A DNA stretch of 64,000 bases from a virus. The notes beneath the pieces are model-generated. The model ran no database searches, was not told the DNA's origin, and saw only the letters and a list, made by a program, of their open reading frames with translations. Where the stretch lies: positions 1 to 64,000 of IMG/VR virus record IMGVR_UViG_3300049043_000070. One strand, 5' to 3'. Both the position numbers and the translations under genes were made by a program. Positions 8,336 through 23,722 of this stretch are shown here, piece by piece; positions within the stretch are counted from its first letter, which is position 1; the number at the start of each line of letters is the position of its first letter.

Positions 8336-11300
8336 ATGCCATTAACACGTCTGGATAACCTTATCAGCCTCAAAAACTGGTAAGTATCTTTATGTTTCTC
8401 CTGATGATTTTAACGCGACAGATGCGTTATCCAACAGAGGCAATTCACCAATTACACCTTTCAAAAGTATCCAGCGTGCTTTCCTAGAAATCGCAAGATA
8501 TTCTTACCTTCCTGGTAAGGATAATGACCGTTTTGACCAGTTTAGCATCATGCTAATGCCTGGTATTCACTACATTGATAACCGCCCTGGTCTTGTAGAT
8601 ACCAACGGAATTAGTGTATTTGGTTTTGATCAAGCACTGAATGCTTGGACTGATAATAGTATCCTTGATATCTCCAATCCAAACAACGTACTTTATAAAT
8701 TTAATAACACGGAGGGTGGTGCGATCATCCCCCGTGGTTCTTCACTTGTTGGTTATGACCTTCGTAGAACAACGATCAGACCTCTCTACGTTCCTGATCC
8801 TGCTTCTGTAACTGTTCCTCGTTCTGCAATCTTTAATGTAACTGGTGGATGTTACTTCTGGCAGTTTACTATTAAAGATGGTCAGACAACTTCAGAATCA
8901 CCACTTTATAATTCTGCTGCTGGAACTGGTGAAGTTTATTATGATCCTAATGATTTTACCAAACTTACTGCTCCCAACTATTCTCACCACAAACTTACAG
9001 TATTTGAATATGCTGATACTGAAGAGTTAGGACTATTCTATAGAAAGATTGCTAAGGCATTCTCGGCATATCAACCAACTATTGATGATCCAGGTGAATT
9101 TGGTTTCAACATTCAAGAAAACAGAATTGTTGGACCTCTTTCTGATAGTCGTGTTATTGAAAGTTTGAAACTTGTTGATGCGACAACTGATCCAAGTATT
9201 CCTGCTTCTACAACCGAAGTTCAAGTAACAACTAAAGTTGATCACGGATACTTTGCTGGTCAGTTTGTCTCAATCTCAAACACCAACATTGATGATGTTC
9301 TTGAAGGATTTTTCCCAATTAAAGAAATTGATGAAAATGATCCTCGTAAGTTTACATATGAAGTTCCTTTCGTTGTTGGTGGAATTGGCAATAATATTGT
9401 ATCTGGACAAACAATCAGTGTAGATACAACTCCTGCTCTCGGACAAAACGCACAAACTCTTGCTGAGGTTGATAGCGTTGAATCTGCTTCTCCATACGTC
9501 TTCAACGTTTCAATTCGTTCAACTTGGGGTATTTGCGGTATCTGGGCAAATGGTCTAAAAGCCACTGGATTTAGATCCATGGTTATTGCTCAGTACACTG
9601 GTGTTTCTCTACAGAAAGACGATAGAGCATTCATTCGTTACGATGAGTATTCAAACACTTGGAACCAAGCATCACTCACTGACGCATTTGCTACTGTTCC
9701 TTATCACGCAAAGGGTGATAGTGACTGGAAAGATGAGTGGAGAAACTTCCACGTTCGTGCTTCTGAAGATGCTTTCATTCAGAACGTTTCTATCTTTGCT
9801 GTTGGTTTTGCTGATCACTTCCTGATGGAAAGTGGTGGTGACATGTCAATCACCAACTCTAACTCTAACTTTGGTAATACTTCTCTACATGCGATTGGTT
9901 TCAAAGGATTTGCTTTCAACCAAGACAAGGGTGGATACATTACTGACATTATTCCTCCAAAAAAAGCAGTAGAAGGATCTGAAAATATTCAAAAGATTGC
10001 TTATTATACTGTTGATATTCAGGGAACCATTCAAAACCCTAACAACTATACAAAACTATTCTTGGGTAGTGATGATATCATTATTCCTGCTGAGAGACCA
10101 GCTGCTACAATTGATGGATATAGGCTTGGTGCTAAATCAAACGATAAACTTTATGTAAAACTTGATCCAGCACCTGGAACTGGAGAAGTCTTCAATGTTG
10201 AATTAGAACCAACTGGTTTCTTAAAGTACATTGCTAAAGGATCTATTTTAAATCCGAGTGGAATTTCTATCAACAGTGTCTATGCCGATGCTGCTAACTT
10301 GATTGAAAGCAATCGCACAATGATCCAAGAAGAAGTTTTTGGATATATTCTTGAAAAGTATCCAAGACTTCAAAACATTCCTTACGTTAATCCTGGTCTA
10401 AATCCAGCGTGCTGGTCGTTACTTTGATGCTCGTAATCTAATTCTTAACAACCGTCAAGAGATTGTTGATACAGCATTCCAGCAGATGGTTGATACATTT
10501 GGTATTGGTAACATTCAAGGTGTTGCGAATGGTAAATGTAAGCGTGATATTGGATTTATTGTAGATGCTATCGCAGAAGACCTTAGAGACGGTGGAAATC
10601 TCAATACGATTGAAGCTACCAAATTCTACTTCAATGGCGATGGAACGCCACTACAGAACGGTCTGGTGGGAGAAGAGAACTATGCTGTCTTTGCTTTTAA
10701 TAGAGCAAGAGATCTTTGTAAGAAAGCAGTTGCTAACTTACTAACAGTAAAAGCAGACATTTATGATCCAGATCCAACCAGTATTCTAGCTCCTTATGGT
10801 GTGATTGCTGGTAGCACTGGTTCCGCTGCTCTCGGACTAAACAGCGAAGGCGTAACTGTTGATGCTTCCAACAAAGAAGATCCTGCTGGTCGTTACAAAG
10901 ATGCTCGCAATAGAATTATTGACAACAGAGAGTTTATTCTTGACGCAGCACTTGCTGAGATTGCTGTTTATCATCCAGATTTCTATATTCCTGGAGATAC
11001 TCAGAGCAACGCACAATCTCGTTTTGCTGATGCGTTCCGTCTCATTCGTCGTAATAGCAAGGAAATCACTGATAGAGCACTTGCTAAGATTGCTGTTGAT
11101 TACCCAGACTTCTATTTCCCTGGTGACGCACAAACCACAGCAGATTCGCGTTTCTATGATAGCTACCGTTTAATTCAGCAGAACAAGACAGAGATTGTCA
11201 ATACTGCTTGGACTAACATGGTCACTCAGTATCCTGGCGTTGCCTCTACTGAAACCAAGTGTAAAAGAGACCTTGGATACTTTGTTGATGCGATTTCACT

Positions 11301-14300
11301 TGACTTGTTCATTCGTGGTAACGAATATTCATACAGATTTGCTGCTGAGTATTTCTCAAATGCTACAACTCCAATCAGCAATGGTTTAGTTGGCGAAGTC
11401 ACTGAGAGTGTTTTTGCTTTCAATCAAGCAAGAACTTTAATGAAGTCTGCTGTTACAAACCAATTAACAGTAAAAGATCTTACTATTACTGCTGATCCTG
11501 CTACTGGTAGTAACACAAACGTAAACTCTTGTGCTAACGTTCGTTCTGCTATTGATACATTGAGCGGAATTGTTACTACAATTGTCAATGCTGGCAATCT
11601 CAATTCAATGCCACAGACGATCAACAAAGGATCTGCCCCTGCTGGGATGAAGAAGTGTGCTCGTGATATTGGATACTTCATTGATGCTATTTCCGTTGAC
11701 GTATTCACTGGTGGAAACAAGCATACTAGAACTTTCATTCAGCAATATTTTACAAATGCTACAACTCCAATCAGCAATGGTTTAGTTGGAGAAACTGCTC
11801 AGAGCAATACAGCATTCAATGAAGCCGCTGAGTTCATGCGTAGAGCAGTTACAAATCAACTCTACCATAAGGATCTTACCGTCACAGCAGATCCTGCGAC
11901 TGGCAATAATCAGAGTTCATCTTCATGTTCAAATGTCCAGTCAGCAATCACCACTCTTGCTGCCATCGCAACAACTGCTGTATCTGCTGGAAATCTAAAT
12001 TCACTTCCTGCTGAGAATGCCGGAACGTTCTTGACTGGAGAAACCAAGTGCCGTAGAGATATCGGTCACGTTGTTGATGCTGTTGCTCAGGATCTCTGGT
12101 TTGGTGGTAATGAATACACTATCGCAGCAACGAAGGAGTATTTCACTAACGCAACAACTCTACTTACAAATGGTGTTGCTGGTGAAACCGGACCTTCTAT
12201 CACAGCATTTAAGAGAGCAGCGGATTTAATGAACCGTGCTGTAAATAACCAGTATTATGATAGAGATCTAACACTTACGCTTGATAATACAGAGGATCCA
12301 GCATTTGTTGCTGATATTCATGCTGATGCTTATAATCTTGTTCTTGATAACAAGGAATTCATTGCGAAGGAAGCATATCTACGCATGAAGGCAGCATATC
12401 CTGCTTATACTCCACAAACTGGAAATACGGAGCAAGATTGTCTAGATGATGTTTATGATGTCTTAGAAGAAGTAATGTGGGATGTCAAGTTTGGTGGTAA
12501 CTCAAAGACTTATGATGCCGCAAATGTTTATGTAACCAACACTCTTAACGGACAACCAATTCAGACATTTATTGATGCTGAGCGTGATGAAGCTGCTAAA
12601 GTATTCACTGAAGTTAAGAACATCGCAATTCAAGTTCTCAGGAATGAAACAGTAACAGTTACATCTGGTAATACTTTCACACAGAAGAAAGATCTTACAA
12701 TTGTTAATGATTGGGATACTGAAGAACTACTTCCTAAGTGTGGTTCTGCTGTCGGCGCTGTTGATACTCTCATGGGTATCATTGTTCAAGCAATTGGTAA
12801 TGATGGTGGTGTAGGAAATCTAACCGGAATTACCAGAACTGCTCCAGCACAACCAACAACATATACTCTCGGCAATTGTTCCGACGTTTTAGCAACAATT
12901 GATACCTTGATTGGCATTATTTGTGACGCTCTTCAAGCTGGCAATCTTAATACTCTTCCACCTTTAACTAATGGTGAATGGGATTGTGCTAACGTCCGCT
13001 CATCAATTGAAAACCTATTTGATATTGTTACTGATGCTATCAGCACAGGATCTCTTGCTCAATTACCAATAGCAAACCCAGGTGACTTTATTGTTAATGC
13101 TACACAGTCTAAGTGCTATCGTGACGTATCTTACATTGTTGATGCGATTGTCAATGACCTCAGACTTGGTGGTAACATTAACAGCATTCAAGCAGGTGAA
13201 GCATATTATGTTGGAAACAATCTAACTTATATTGATGGAGAAAAACCAGAAACAATTGATGCTTGGAACTATGTTGGTCAGTTAGCAACAGCTGCCGATG
13301 CGTAATTTTGATGTTCTTGCTGTAAATTGCGTAACAACATCTGGATCGGCAATTGTGAATGTTGCTGATACTCGTGGCATCGTAATTGGAATGCGAGTTG
13401 TTGAGTATGCTAATACTCCAACTCCATATGTCAATGGATTGCTTCAATCAAATGCTGTTCCTATTTTACAGTAATATTCCGAAAGATACATTTGTTAAGA
13501 GAATTGTAAGTAATACTCAAATTGAATTGGGTGTTGCTAACGCAAGACTTACTACTGGCAATACAGTAAATTCTCTACAGAATAGTACCACAACCAGACT
13601 ATACTTTACATTTGAGAAAGGTCAGTGGGCAAATATTCAGACCAAGAACGGTTACGGTAGGACCAGAAGCATCTAATCCAGATGTTATTCAAGACACTCA
13701 GGCATATACACCTTCTTCTCCAACACAAAGAGAATGTGCTGGTGTTGCTAACGCAATTGAAACTCTGGTTGGAAACATTACCACGATCATCAACAGTGGT
13801 TTAGGAACTGTTGCTCGCCAAGAACAAACTGTAAATACGGCACTTCTTTCTTCAAGATCTACTGTATTTACAATTGATACAACTGGTTATGGTTCTACCA
13901 ATGCTCATAACTTTGAGACTGGAACACCAGTAAGACTTGTTCCACGTCCTCGCTTTGATGTGACGACTGGTAAGTATGTTGAAATTGATAAGCGTCTCAT
14001 CAGACTTCCAAAAGGATTTGAGACTAATAGAACATATTATGTCATTGCTCCTGGTAGAAGAACTCAACCAGAAGATTATAGTGGAACAACATTCTTTAAT
14101 GGAAGTGATCAGACAAAACTGATGCTCGCAACTTCTAAGGAGAATGCTGCTGCCGGTATTTACATCTATGCCGCTGAAACAGAAAGCATTGATCCTAATG
14201 TAGAAATTGATCTTTATCAGTTCATTCTTGATGACAAATATACACTACACAACTACAAGTGTAATCTAACTAACACTGTTAATGCTGGTATTGAAACTGA

Positions 14301-17300
14301 CGTATCACACATTTTTGACGTTCCATCTGCTTCTACAACACCACATAGAGTGTTCTTCAGAGTCTATTGAGGGTGGTCAGTTACCTCTTGTAGCATCAAC
14401 GTATTCTAACGATGCTACAGTCGCTGTTACAAATCCACAAAACGCGAATATAGGTAGAATTAATCCTCAGATTGAATTCTTTGCTCGTTATCAGAACGAC
14501 AAAGTATTCACCATTCACAAGACACATGCTGATGCGATCAACAATGTAAATCCAATTACATTTGCTTCTGGTCAAGTTGGTCTTATCTTTGACGTATTTG
14601 CTAACAAGCGTAGATCACCAATGAAGTTTGATCCAGCATTTACTGATGCTGTATCAACTACTGGTAAGTGGTATATTCAGTGTAAGGATCAAGTAACTTC
14701 TCAACCATTGTCGGTTCAAGAAAGAACATCTTCTGGAGATTACATCAATCAGATTATTCTGACAGACCAAGAACTACTGATATGTGGTATCAGCGTCTTG
14801 AAGATACGAGGAAGCTGATGATAGAACTTATAAGATCCGTTACGTCATTCCTAAGTATCTTGAGAACGCAAGAGATCCTATTAATGGATTTGTTCTTAAG
14901 ACAAGAACTGACGATACTCGTAAGTTAATTCCACAAAAAGTTCTTCTCAAGCCAGTCACTGGTTCAGTATATGGCGCTAGATTTGAGAACCCAGTTCAAG
15001 CTGGAGAATACATTGGTTATACGGCGGCACAATTTGCGTCAAACAATCTTAATACATCTACCGCATATGATCCATACAAAAAGGATTTAACAGGTCAAGG
15101 TATTGAGTATCGTGCTTTTGCTCGCTTTACCTCTGGTATTCAAGCAACTATTCAAGGTGGTCGTTATGTTCAAGACGCACTCAATCCAAACATTAAGTAT
15201 CTTGAACTTACTGTTTATGACCATGCTGTAGATGCTACAAATTTCCCTGGTCTAAGAAATGAAATCTTTACGACTGTTAAGATTACTGCTCCTCAGGGCG
15301 GTGAGTTTGTAACTAACAAGACACAGAGCATTACTGCTAACCAAGTAAGTTTCTCTGGATATTCTTCTGGTCTTGCTAACATTCATGCGTACTACAGTGT
15401 TGGTGGCGATCACTACCTCATCATCAAGAACATTCGTGGTGGTAAGTTAGAGTACAGTGAATATGATAATGTAAGATTTACTCAAGGTTCTGTCTTCGCA
15501 GATATGCTTGAAGATCAGGATATGGGCAAATCATTGCCACTCAAGACACTTATTCGTAAGGGATATCCTGAGTACTACTGGAGACAGAATGGTGCTAACG
15601 TTTATACAATCACTCCTGGCGATCGTATTCAGGACGATGCTGGTGTTGAATATTATGTTGAGAAAGTTGAAGATGCTGGTATCATTGAAGATACATTCTA
15701 TATTTTCGCTTCTGAGACACTACAGCGTCGTATTGCTGGGCAGCAAGATGGTATCTATTATCTTACAGCTCTTCGTGGTAATATTTCTCCATTCCCAACT
15801 GGTGCTGGTGTTATCAACAACTTCAAGAACTACAAGTTCTCGCAACCAGTTAGCAGACTATATCCTCTAAACTATAGAAATGATCCTCTCTGGTTCCAAA
15901 AGAATGGAACAACCAATGAAGAGAAAAATTACTATGCGGCATTGATTGACCCACCACAAGCATTCTCTGCTGCCGATAACTACACTCACGGTCTTGTTAC
16001 CGTTAACGACAATAAGAACTCTGTAACAAGAGAACTTGTTGAAGATATGATCACTCAGAGTGCTTTCATTGAAAATGAATACTCCGGAGCAAACGCAATT
16101 GAAGCACAGGATGGTAACGCAACTTCTGGTTCAGAAGATCGTCGTATTCCTATCTCTGGTAATAGCACCGTTCTTTCTGATCAGAGATACTATGTTGAAC
16201 TCCGTAGACCATCTATTGCTCGTGCTGGTAACCATACGTTTGAATATCTTGGTTTCGGTCCTGGTAACTATTCCACAGGTCTCCCAGCACGTCAGGAAGT
16301 CGTTCTAACTCCTGATGAAGACTTCTATGCTCAATCTAAGAAGCAAGATGCTGGTATCGTCTTCTACACTGGTATTAACTCTCAGGGTGATCTCTACATT
16401 GGTAATAGAAGAATTAATGCTATCACTGGTGAAGAAACATTCATTGATGCTGCTACACTTGTTGACGATGGCGATACAAATGATGTAATTGGCGGTCTTG
16501 TTACAACATTTGATACTCCAGTTACTTTCAACCAAAACATCACAATTGTTGGTGGAGATGGTTCGCTAGTAAGTTCTGTTGAAGCTCCTCTTGTGATTGC
16601 TGTACAAGATGAAGATCTTACACAGCAACGTGATGTACTTATCATTCGTTCAAATGTTTCTTCTGTTGATCCAGTAACACAGCTGCAACAAGACGAAGGA
16701 CTTGATAGAACAGCATTTAGACCTCCAACTAAGGGAGATGTTCGTATCAGCAAGAACAGAGTTCAGGTTGCTATTTTTGGATTTAATGCGAGAGGAAATG
16801 GTCAGGAATACATGTTCCAGACCCACACTTCTTCCGGAATTCCTTCAAATCTAACACCAAACCAAACTGCTCTAATTGCTCAAGGTGGAACTCGTATTTC
16901 AGCAGCACAGTTTGTAACTTATGGTGGTGTATTAGCACGTCCCGGTGATGTTCTTCTTAAGGGCACTGAAATTGGTAAGACTGGATCACTTGGCTGGATC
17001 TTAGCAAATTACTATCAACAAATTCCAAATTCTAGCATCTTTACGATTACATTTGATGGTAGCAACGTAGTTAAACTAACCTTCAAATCTGCTGGTACTG
17101 GTGTTAACATCAGTAACCAGGACATTGGAATTACTTCTGGTTCTCAAATCAGAGTTAATAACTTCTACTATGATCCAAGACTAAATCTAACCTGGGTTGT
17201 TTATTCACCACCTGGCGATGCTTTCTCGCCAACAAATAACTATGTTCACTTCCAGGTAATTGATCAAATTCCTCAAGCAGTAGAGAATTGGGCGGATATT

Positions 17301-20300
17301 ATTGCTGGTACTGCTGTTGGTTCCCCACAACCAAGCATTGAATTTTCAAATGCTACATGGAAAGAAGTTGGAGTTCTTGGCGCTGAAGCTATCAGAACAG
17401 AAACTGAGACAATCGGTAATTACAAATTAGGTATTAATACGATTGCCCGTGCCCCACATAGCGCACATACAAACGCATTTGTTGATCCTGCTACAACAGA
17501 TCCTCGTGCTAACTTGGATCTTGTTGGTAAGGCATATATCAGTGGTAAAACTCTTGCTACTACACCAAACAATTACCTATCAAATGCCAACCCAGTAAAC
17601 AGAACATTTAATGCTATTTCTGATGCTCTCGTGGTTGGTGGAGATAGTCTTGCTCCAACAAACTATAGCACCCTAAGAGTAGATACCAGAACAGTTGCTA
17701 TTACTGAAGCTGGTAGAGGAAATAACCTCGGTAGAGTTGGCATCAACACAGATGAAACTGTAGCAGACAAGCAACTCAATAGAGCATTAGTTGTTGTTGG
17801 TGATGCTCGTTTTACTGAGGATGTAAGGTTCCAGAGAGATATTGAAGTTCATGGTAACGGAACCACATCTGGATCTATTGCCGAAATTAGAACCAATATT
17901 GCTTTAGGAACATTCAATCTTTTAACTGACACTTCATTTACTGGAACTTTAAATCTTGGTAATAAAGTAGAAAATATCTACATTGGTGATTTCACAACAA
18001 ATGATCAGTTTATTCATGTTGGTGGAGATTCTCTACATAGTAATCTATTCCTTGGTGATACACCAGATGCTAGACCTTCTGATGGTGCTTTAACTATCAG
18101 TAAAGTAACGATTGGTGGAGCATATCTAAACAATGAATCGCAGTCATTCACCAGAATTAAGACAAAATCCTTTAAGGTTGATGGTGACTTCCAGTTGGGA
18201 GCAAGAAGAACAATCAATGATACTGTTCGTTTGTCAACCACTGCTGGAACTGTTAGTTTCTTCTCTGATTCTGGTTCAGCATCTACAATTGATTTTGCTC
18301 TTAATGCGTCTGAAATCAATATTGCTGGACAGGGTGGTACAACAACAATCAATAACCAACTTGAGGTTATTGCTTCTGCTAAGTTTAATGGAGACGTTCT
18401 GGTTTGTGGTGGAGTTGCTTCCTTCTTCATTTGTTGGAAGTAGAGGACAGTTCAGGATCAGCAATTGCTTCTCATCAAGATGGAATTATTAATGAGACAA
18501 CATTCAATAAGAATATTGATATCGTTAATGTCTTAGTCAAGAGCAATACTGATGAAGGATATAATGAGGTAGATACTGCTGGTGATGGAGCATGGGGAGA
18601 GCTACGTTCCAAGCACCAATTCTTAATATTGGCGGAACACCAGTTGTTGAACCACAAAGTCTACCAGCACTGACTGGAAATCTATATTATCTACCACTGC
18701 TTCGTGCTCCATTGAAGCAAAATGGAGAGCCATATTTTGTAGAAAATGATTATATCATTATCAACAGTTCTGTTTCTCCTTCTGGACACCCAGAAATCTT
18801 ACAGGTCGTTGAGTTAACAAGAGCAAATGTTGCTCCTTATTATATCAAAGTAAGACGCCAACCACTAGGAACATTTACTGCAGTTCTAAGCAACCATCCT
18901 GATAGAACACCAATTTATAAAGTTAATGTTCAGTTTGATTCTACTTGGACTGAGCAATCTCTTGATAATACTGGACCAACAGATAATGTTTATCTTGCTG
19001 AGTTTGGTGGCACTTTAACAAGTAATGACTATGTAATCATTGATAGAACTGATACAAACAGTGATGGTATTTTTGATCAAGGAGAAGTTATTAAGGTTGT
19101 CTCTCCTCTTGAACAACAAGTTCAGAAATTTAGAATTTCTAGCGATTGTTCTAGTGATCAAAATGATGTATTTGTTGTTAATTCTGTAACTGGTGAAGTT
19201 CAAATTGGCAACCCGAACGTTTCTGGATCTCAGTTAACTCTTAATTCAACACTTAAGTTGAATGGTGGTTGTGGAACATTAAGTAAGATACAGTTTACCG
19301 CAAGTGCTACTGCTGGATCTAATGTATTAAGTGGTATAACTGTAACCAGCGTTGGTAAAACAATTAATGATATTCAAATTGGAGATTATGTACACAATAT
19401 TACAAATCAGTCTCCACTTGAATTTGATAAAGATACTAAGATTGTTGGCATTAACTCTTCTACAAATGAACTATATTTGAATGTTCCTGCCCTTGGATCT
19501 TCTTCAGTTACAGCAACGTTTGAAGCTAGAAGAAATGAAAAACTTGAAGTTACAAATGGTCAAGGTATTACAACATTTGCGGTTGATAGTTGTACTGGAA
19601 CAACACATATTGGATCACAATATGGAAGAATTGATATTGAATATGCTTTCTCTGGAAATAATACTACAAATACAACAACTTCTTCTATTGTAACTGCTTT
19701 CAACAGTGGAAATATTACAAGAGCATATGGTTATTGGTATGATCCACAGATTGCTGCTGAAGGTGGTCCAGATACAACAATTAGAGCAACTGCTACTGGT
19801 TCATCTAACCAAGTTCAGGTTCCTGTTCAATCTCTTGGAGTTGGAACTGGAAGATTTTATATTGATGATCTGGTTTTCATTGGCACCTCAACTGCTGCTT
19901 CTACTGGTGTTGGTAGATTTGTTATTGGTAAAGTCGTACAAGTTATTACTGATGCCCTAAATCCAACAATTGTTGTTTCTGCTCCTGGTGATGGAATAGA
20001 CACCAGTGCTTCTTTCGTCCCTGGCGATAGTGTATTCGCAACAGGAAATGTAGTTAGAAGAGTTATCAAGCATCGTGAGTTTGCGAATATTATTGATGTT
20101 CAAATGAGAACCAGAGTTATTTCTGGAAGTTCTTCTCAATATTGCTCAATTATTCTTGATAAGGGTTATATTGTACAGCAAAAACTTGATTATCAAGGAT
20201 GGATTGCTCTTTCTAATAATTCTGGTGCTCAAATTTGGGCTTCTGTTGAAGGAAGACTTCAAGGCGTCGTTCATGAAACAAGCATGAACGAGCAAAGAAC

Positions 20301-21153
20301 AGATGGTGCTATTCCTTACAGATCAGGAAAACTTGAAGTTGCTAGCGATGTTAAGTTAATTGGCGGAAATCTTGAAATTTACGATTCTGTAAATCAGACA
20401 AGACTATTTGGATTTATAAATGATGATGGACATGCTGATCACCAAGGATTACTTGTTTGGGATGCTGGTGTTGTTGCTCGTGGAGACTTCTTCCTGTTCA
20501 GCGGTCAGGATCCAGAAAACGTAATTACTGATCCATATTCATACGTTCCTTCTTTCTCTGCTGACAATCTAGGAAATGTAACCGCAAGAAAAACTCTAAC
20601 GGTAACTGGTATTCCTGCCGCTGCTCCATCAACAACACTGAAACAGTTCTCTGTTGAAAATCTTGGTCAAAATGGAACTAGAGAATTTGCTATTAAGCAA
20701 GATAACTCAATTGATAGCTTTGGACTTGAAAACTTCTACACTTCAAGTGGAGCAAGACATACTAGATATATTTCTGCTTCATCTCCGGAGGAGGATCTAA
20801 CATTAATTCCAAATATTATGTACATGGTTAATGTACAAGCATCTCAAACTCTTGTACTTACGCTTCCAACATCTCCAGTTACTGGTGATATTGTGAGAAT
20901 TGTTGAAGTTGGTGGAAATCTTAACTTTAATACATCTCTTGTGTTAAGAACTGCTGAAAGTTCTGGAGTGCGTATTCAGGGTGATGCTACTGGAACATTA
21001 CTTGGAGGAAGATTAACACCATATCCTTCCGGTGAACTTGTTGTTCAGACTGCTAATGCTGCGTTTGGATTGATTTATCTTGGAGGAACTGATAGTAATG
21101 GACAAGTAGGTATTCCAACTGCCGTCCAAGGATGGTGGTTGATGGAGGTTTGA
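8336..21153 (+). CDS. Giant virion structural/tail fibre protein (~4,270 aa when joined), broken by several indels
   Basis: Starts MPLTRLDNLIS(S)KTGKYLYVSPDDFNATD. Consecutive long ORFs (8550, 10486, 13612, 14282, 15504, 18592) continue one another across frame changes. Contains repeated KCxRDxGxxVDA helical modules and ends GWWLMEV. Confidence 0.8.
11357..11789 (+). repeat. 37-bp exact direct repeat, period 396 bp (in frame, 132 aa)
   Basis: CAAATGCTACAACTCCAATCAGCAATGGTTTAGTTGG at 11357..11393 and 11753..11789. Confidence 0.95.
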
Positions 21154-21156
21154 TCA

Positions 21157-22412
21157 ATGGCAAGTTACGATAGGATACGAGCATCTAAGGCAGTTTCAAT
21201 TGGAACAATAATGCCATGGACAGGATCTTCATCAACTACTACGTTGACAGATTCTGGAATTCCAAAAGGTTGGATTGTGTGTAGAGGTCAAACTCTTAGA
21301 GCTATTGATTATCCACTTCTTGCCAGATTACTTGGCAATACCTATGGTCCATTTCCAGAACCGGGAGGTCCATTCATTGGAATATCTAATAATTATCCAT
21401 TATACGACGAAAATGATGTGTTCAATCTTCCAAATTTAAATAATATTTCACTTGTTGATTTGGAAGGATCTAGATTAGATCCAAGTGATTTGGTAAAAGT
21501 CGGAACTTATATTACAGAAAATGGTTCTGATGCTGCCCCATTAACAAATATTGTTTCTTATGTTGACGTTAATTTTTCAATTGAATCTGATTCACAATTA
21601 GCAGGAAAAATTACTGGAATTACAATACAAGATCCAGCATATTTTGATACTATAAGAACAATTCCTAGGAAACTTGGAGTTGATCACACACCATCACACT
21701 CTCATGCTCAACCTGCTGGAAGTCCTTATCCATCAACTTCTGTTGGTGGTGGATATGTTGCTCTATTTGAAGCTGGTAATTTTGATACACAAGATGCTGA
21801 ATTTCAAACTGTAAGTTCTAAACCTGTAAATCCCAATGAAACAACAGCAGATAGATTTAATCCTGGAGTTGCCGAAGTTACTTGGTATGATGAAGCTGGA
21901 TTTACTCTTCCAGTAATGGATTTCTTTTAGAGATTTTACTAGTGCTTCTCCTGTTGTTCCAGTAATTCCTGGTGCCGCTAGGGCAATTCCTGGATATGGA
22001 AATACCATTGATTATCAAGATCCAAATACATGTATTATTAATGTTCAACAACCGTGCTGTTACTGCCCCATTTCCTCCGGCTGGACTTTATCAGGGATTG
22101 AGAAATCACTATGCTTCTACTGATGTTCCGAGCGAACCAGCAGATAGACGAGGACAAAATGCGAGCAAACCGTATCCGGTAACTCTTAATCACAATGCTG
22201 ATACATGGAATTCTGAAGCACTGGCATCACATAATCATTTTACAGTTGACATATCTATGAACAGAGGTCAAATGCGTCTTCCTGGAACAATTCTCATAAA
22301 TAATATGACTACAGGAACCATTTCTCCAGTGAGTGTTGACAAAGCTTTAAGTATTCAAATCAACCCAAATACTCCTTCTCTTACCACTCTGGTTATAATG
22401 AGGGCATTCTAA
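21157..22412 (+). CDS. Tail collar domain protein 1 (short fibre/baseplate), frameshift near 21925
   Basis: Collar motif IGTIMPWTG...PKGWIVCRGQTLRAIDYPLLARLLGNTYG...FNLPNL. Ends TTLVIMRAF. Confidence 0.8.
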
Positions 22413-23722
22413 TGGCAGTATTTTATAACAGAGAAAAGTCTAAAGTAGGAACTTTGACGGGAACAATTATTAATTGGTCAAAACAATTACCTTCAAATGA
22501 TCCAGCAGATCCGGTAGTTGTAGATGATTTACCATCTGGATATTTGAGATGTGATGGAACCATTTATTCTGCTGAAGTTTTTCCACAGTTGGCAGAAATT
22601 CTTGGTACAGGATCTCAGTCAAGATATAGAAAGCCAAATGTTACTTTATTGCCAAATCAATTTCAAGTTCCTGATTTTGGATCTGAAAAGTTAAGGGCTT
22701 CTAGTGGCGCCAACCTTGGCGACTATATTGATTTGTATATTCAAGACGATAATGATGAAGAGATAACAAAATCTGGAGTTGGATTAGAAGTTCAAAGTAA
22801 TATTGGAACCACTTATGAAATTCAATATCAAGGAGATTTCTTTTTGCCAGCACAACAAATAGAAATTACAGGACAACCAGGATTTACAAGATCAACAGGC
22901 AATTATACAGAAAATTCTGATGTTCTTGCGAATGCATTTATGCCACATGCACGCTTTCACGATGGAACAAGAACTAGAGTTAGTGCGCCGTCTGGCAATG
23001 AATTTGCTCCATTTGGAAGAAATTCTTACACGAGAAAATCTACCCTTTGTGTTTTAAATTGGGCAAATAATACGAGACAAGATCTTTGCTATTATCAAGC
23101 AACTAGAAATTTTGCTGCGGCAGATGTCCTACCACCATATGAATCGAATGGATTTTGTGAAAGAGTTATTTATGGTGGTTGTGTTGCTGGTGGTTGTGGA
23201 TTTTTGGCATCTAGTGAGTGTTTAATTCCTACAGGATTTACATGCGGATTTCCAATGCATAGTGGAATGCAATACTGGTTGTCAGGGCGGTGGAGCAAGG
23301 AATTCCACAACATGTGGTAATATTTCCTATGCTGGGACATACGCCCAAAGATGTACCGATCTGTCTTGCAGGTTGCTTCTTTGGTGGATTGTTGCCCAAG
23401 ACTTTATCTGGATTTACACAATTAACACCAAATTATACTGATTTAAACGTTCCATTTGATGCCAACATTGACAGTAATAGAGAAACATATGCCGCAGTAA
23501 ACAATGTTATCAACCAAACAACTGCTTTTGGAAATGATGGTACTCACCGTCACTTCATTAACTTCCAATGCTCAACCACATACATATCTTGTGAACACAA
23601 GCCAACATTTATTCCGTGCTGCTCCTCTCGTTTCAACAATTTCTGTTGAAGTTAATACCGAAAATAAAGCAGATCAGTTTATTCAACCTTATATCGTTCA
23701 AGAGTTCCTAATAAAATATTAA
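22412..23722 (+). CDS. Tail collar domain protein 2, frameshifted
   Basis: TGTIINW...PSGYLRCDGTIYSAEVFPQLAEILG...FQVPDFGS. Ends QEFLIKY. Confidence 0.8.

Noticed and set aside
11357-11789. Diversity-generating retroelement TR/VR pair
   Set aside because: The repeat is exact and in frame inside one gene, flanking differences are not adenine-specific, and no reverse transcriptase is visible.
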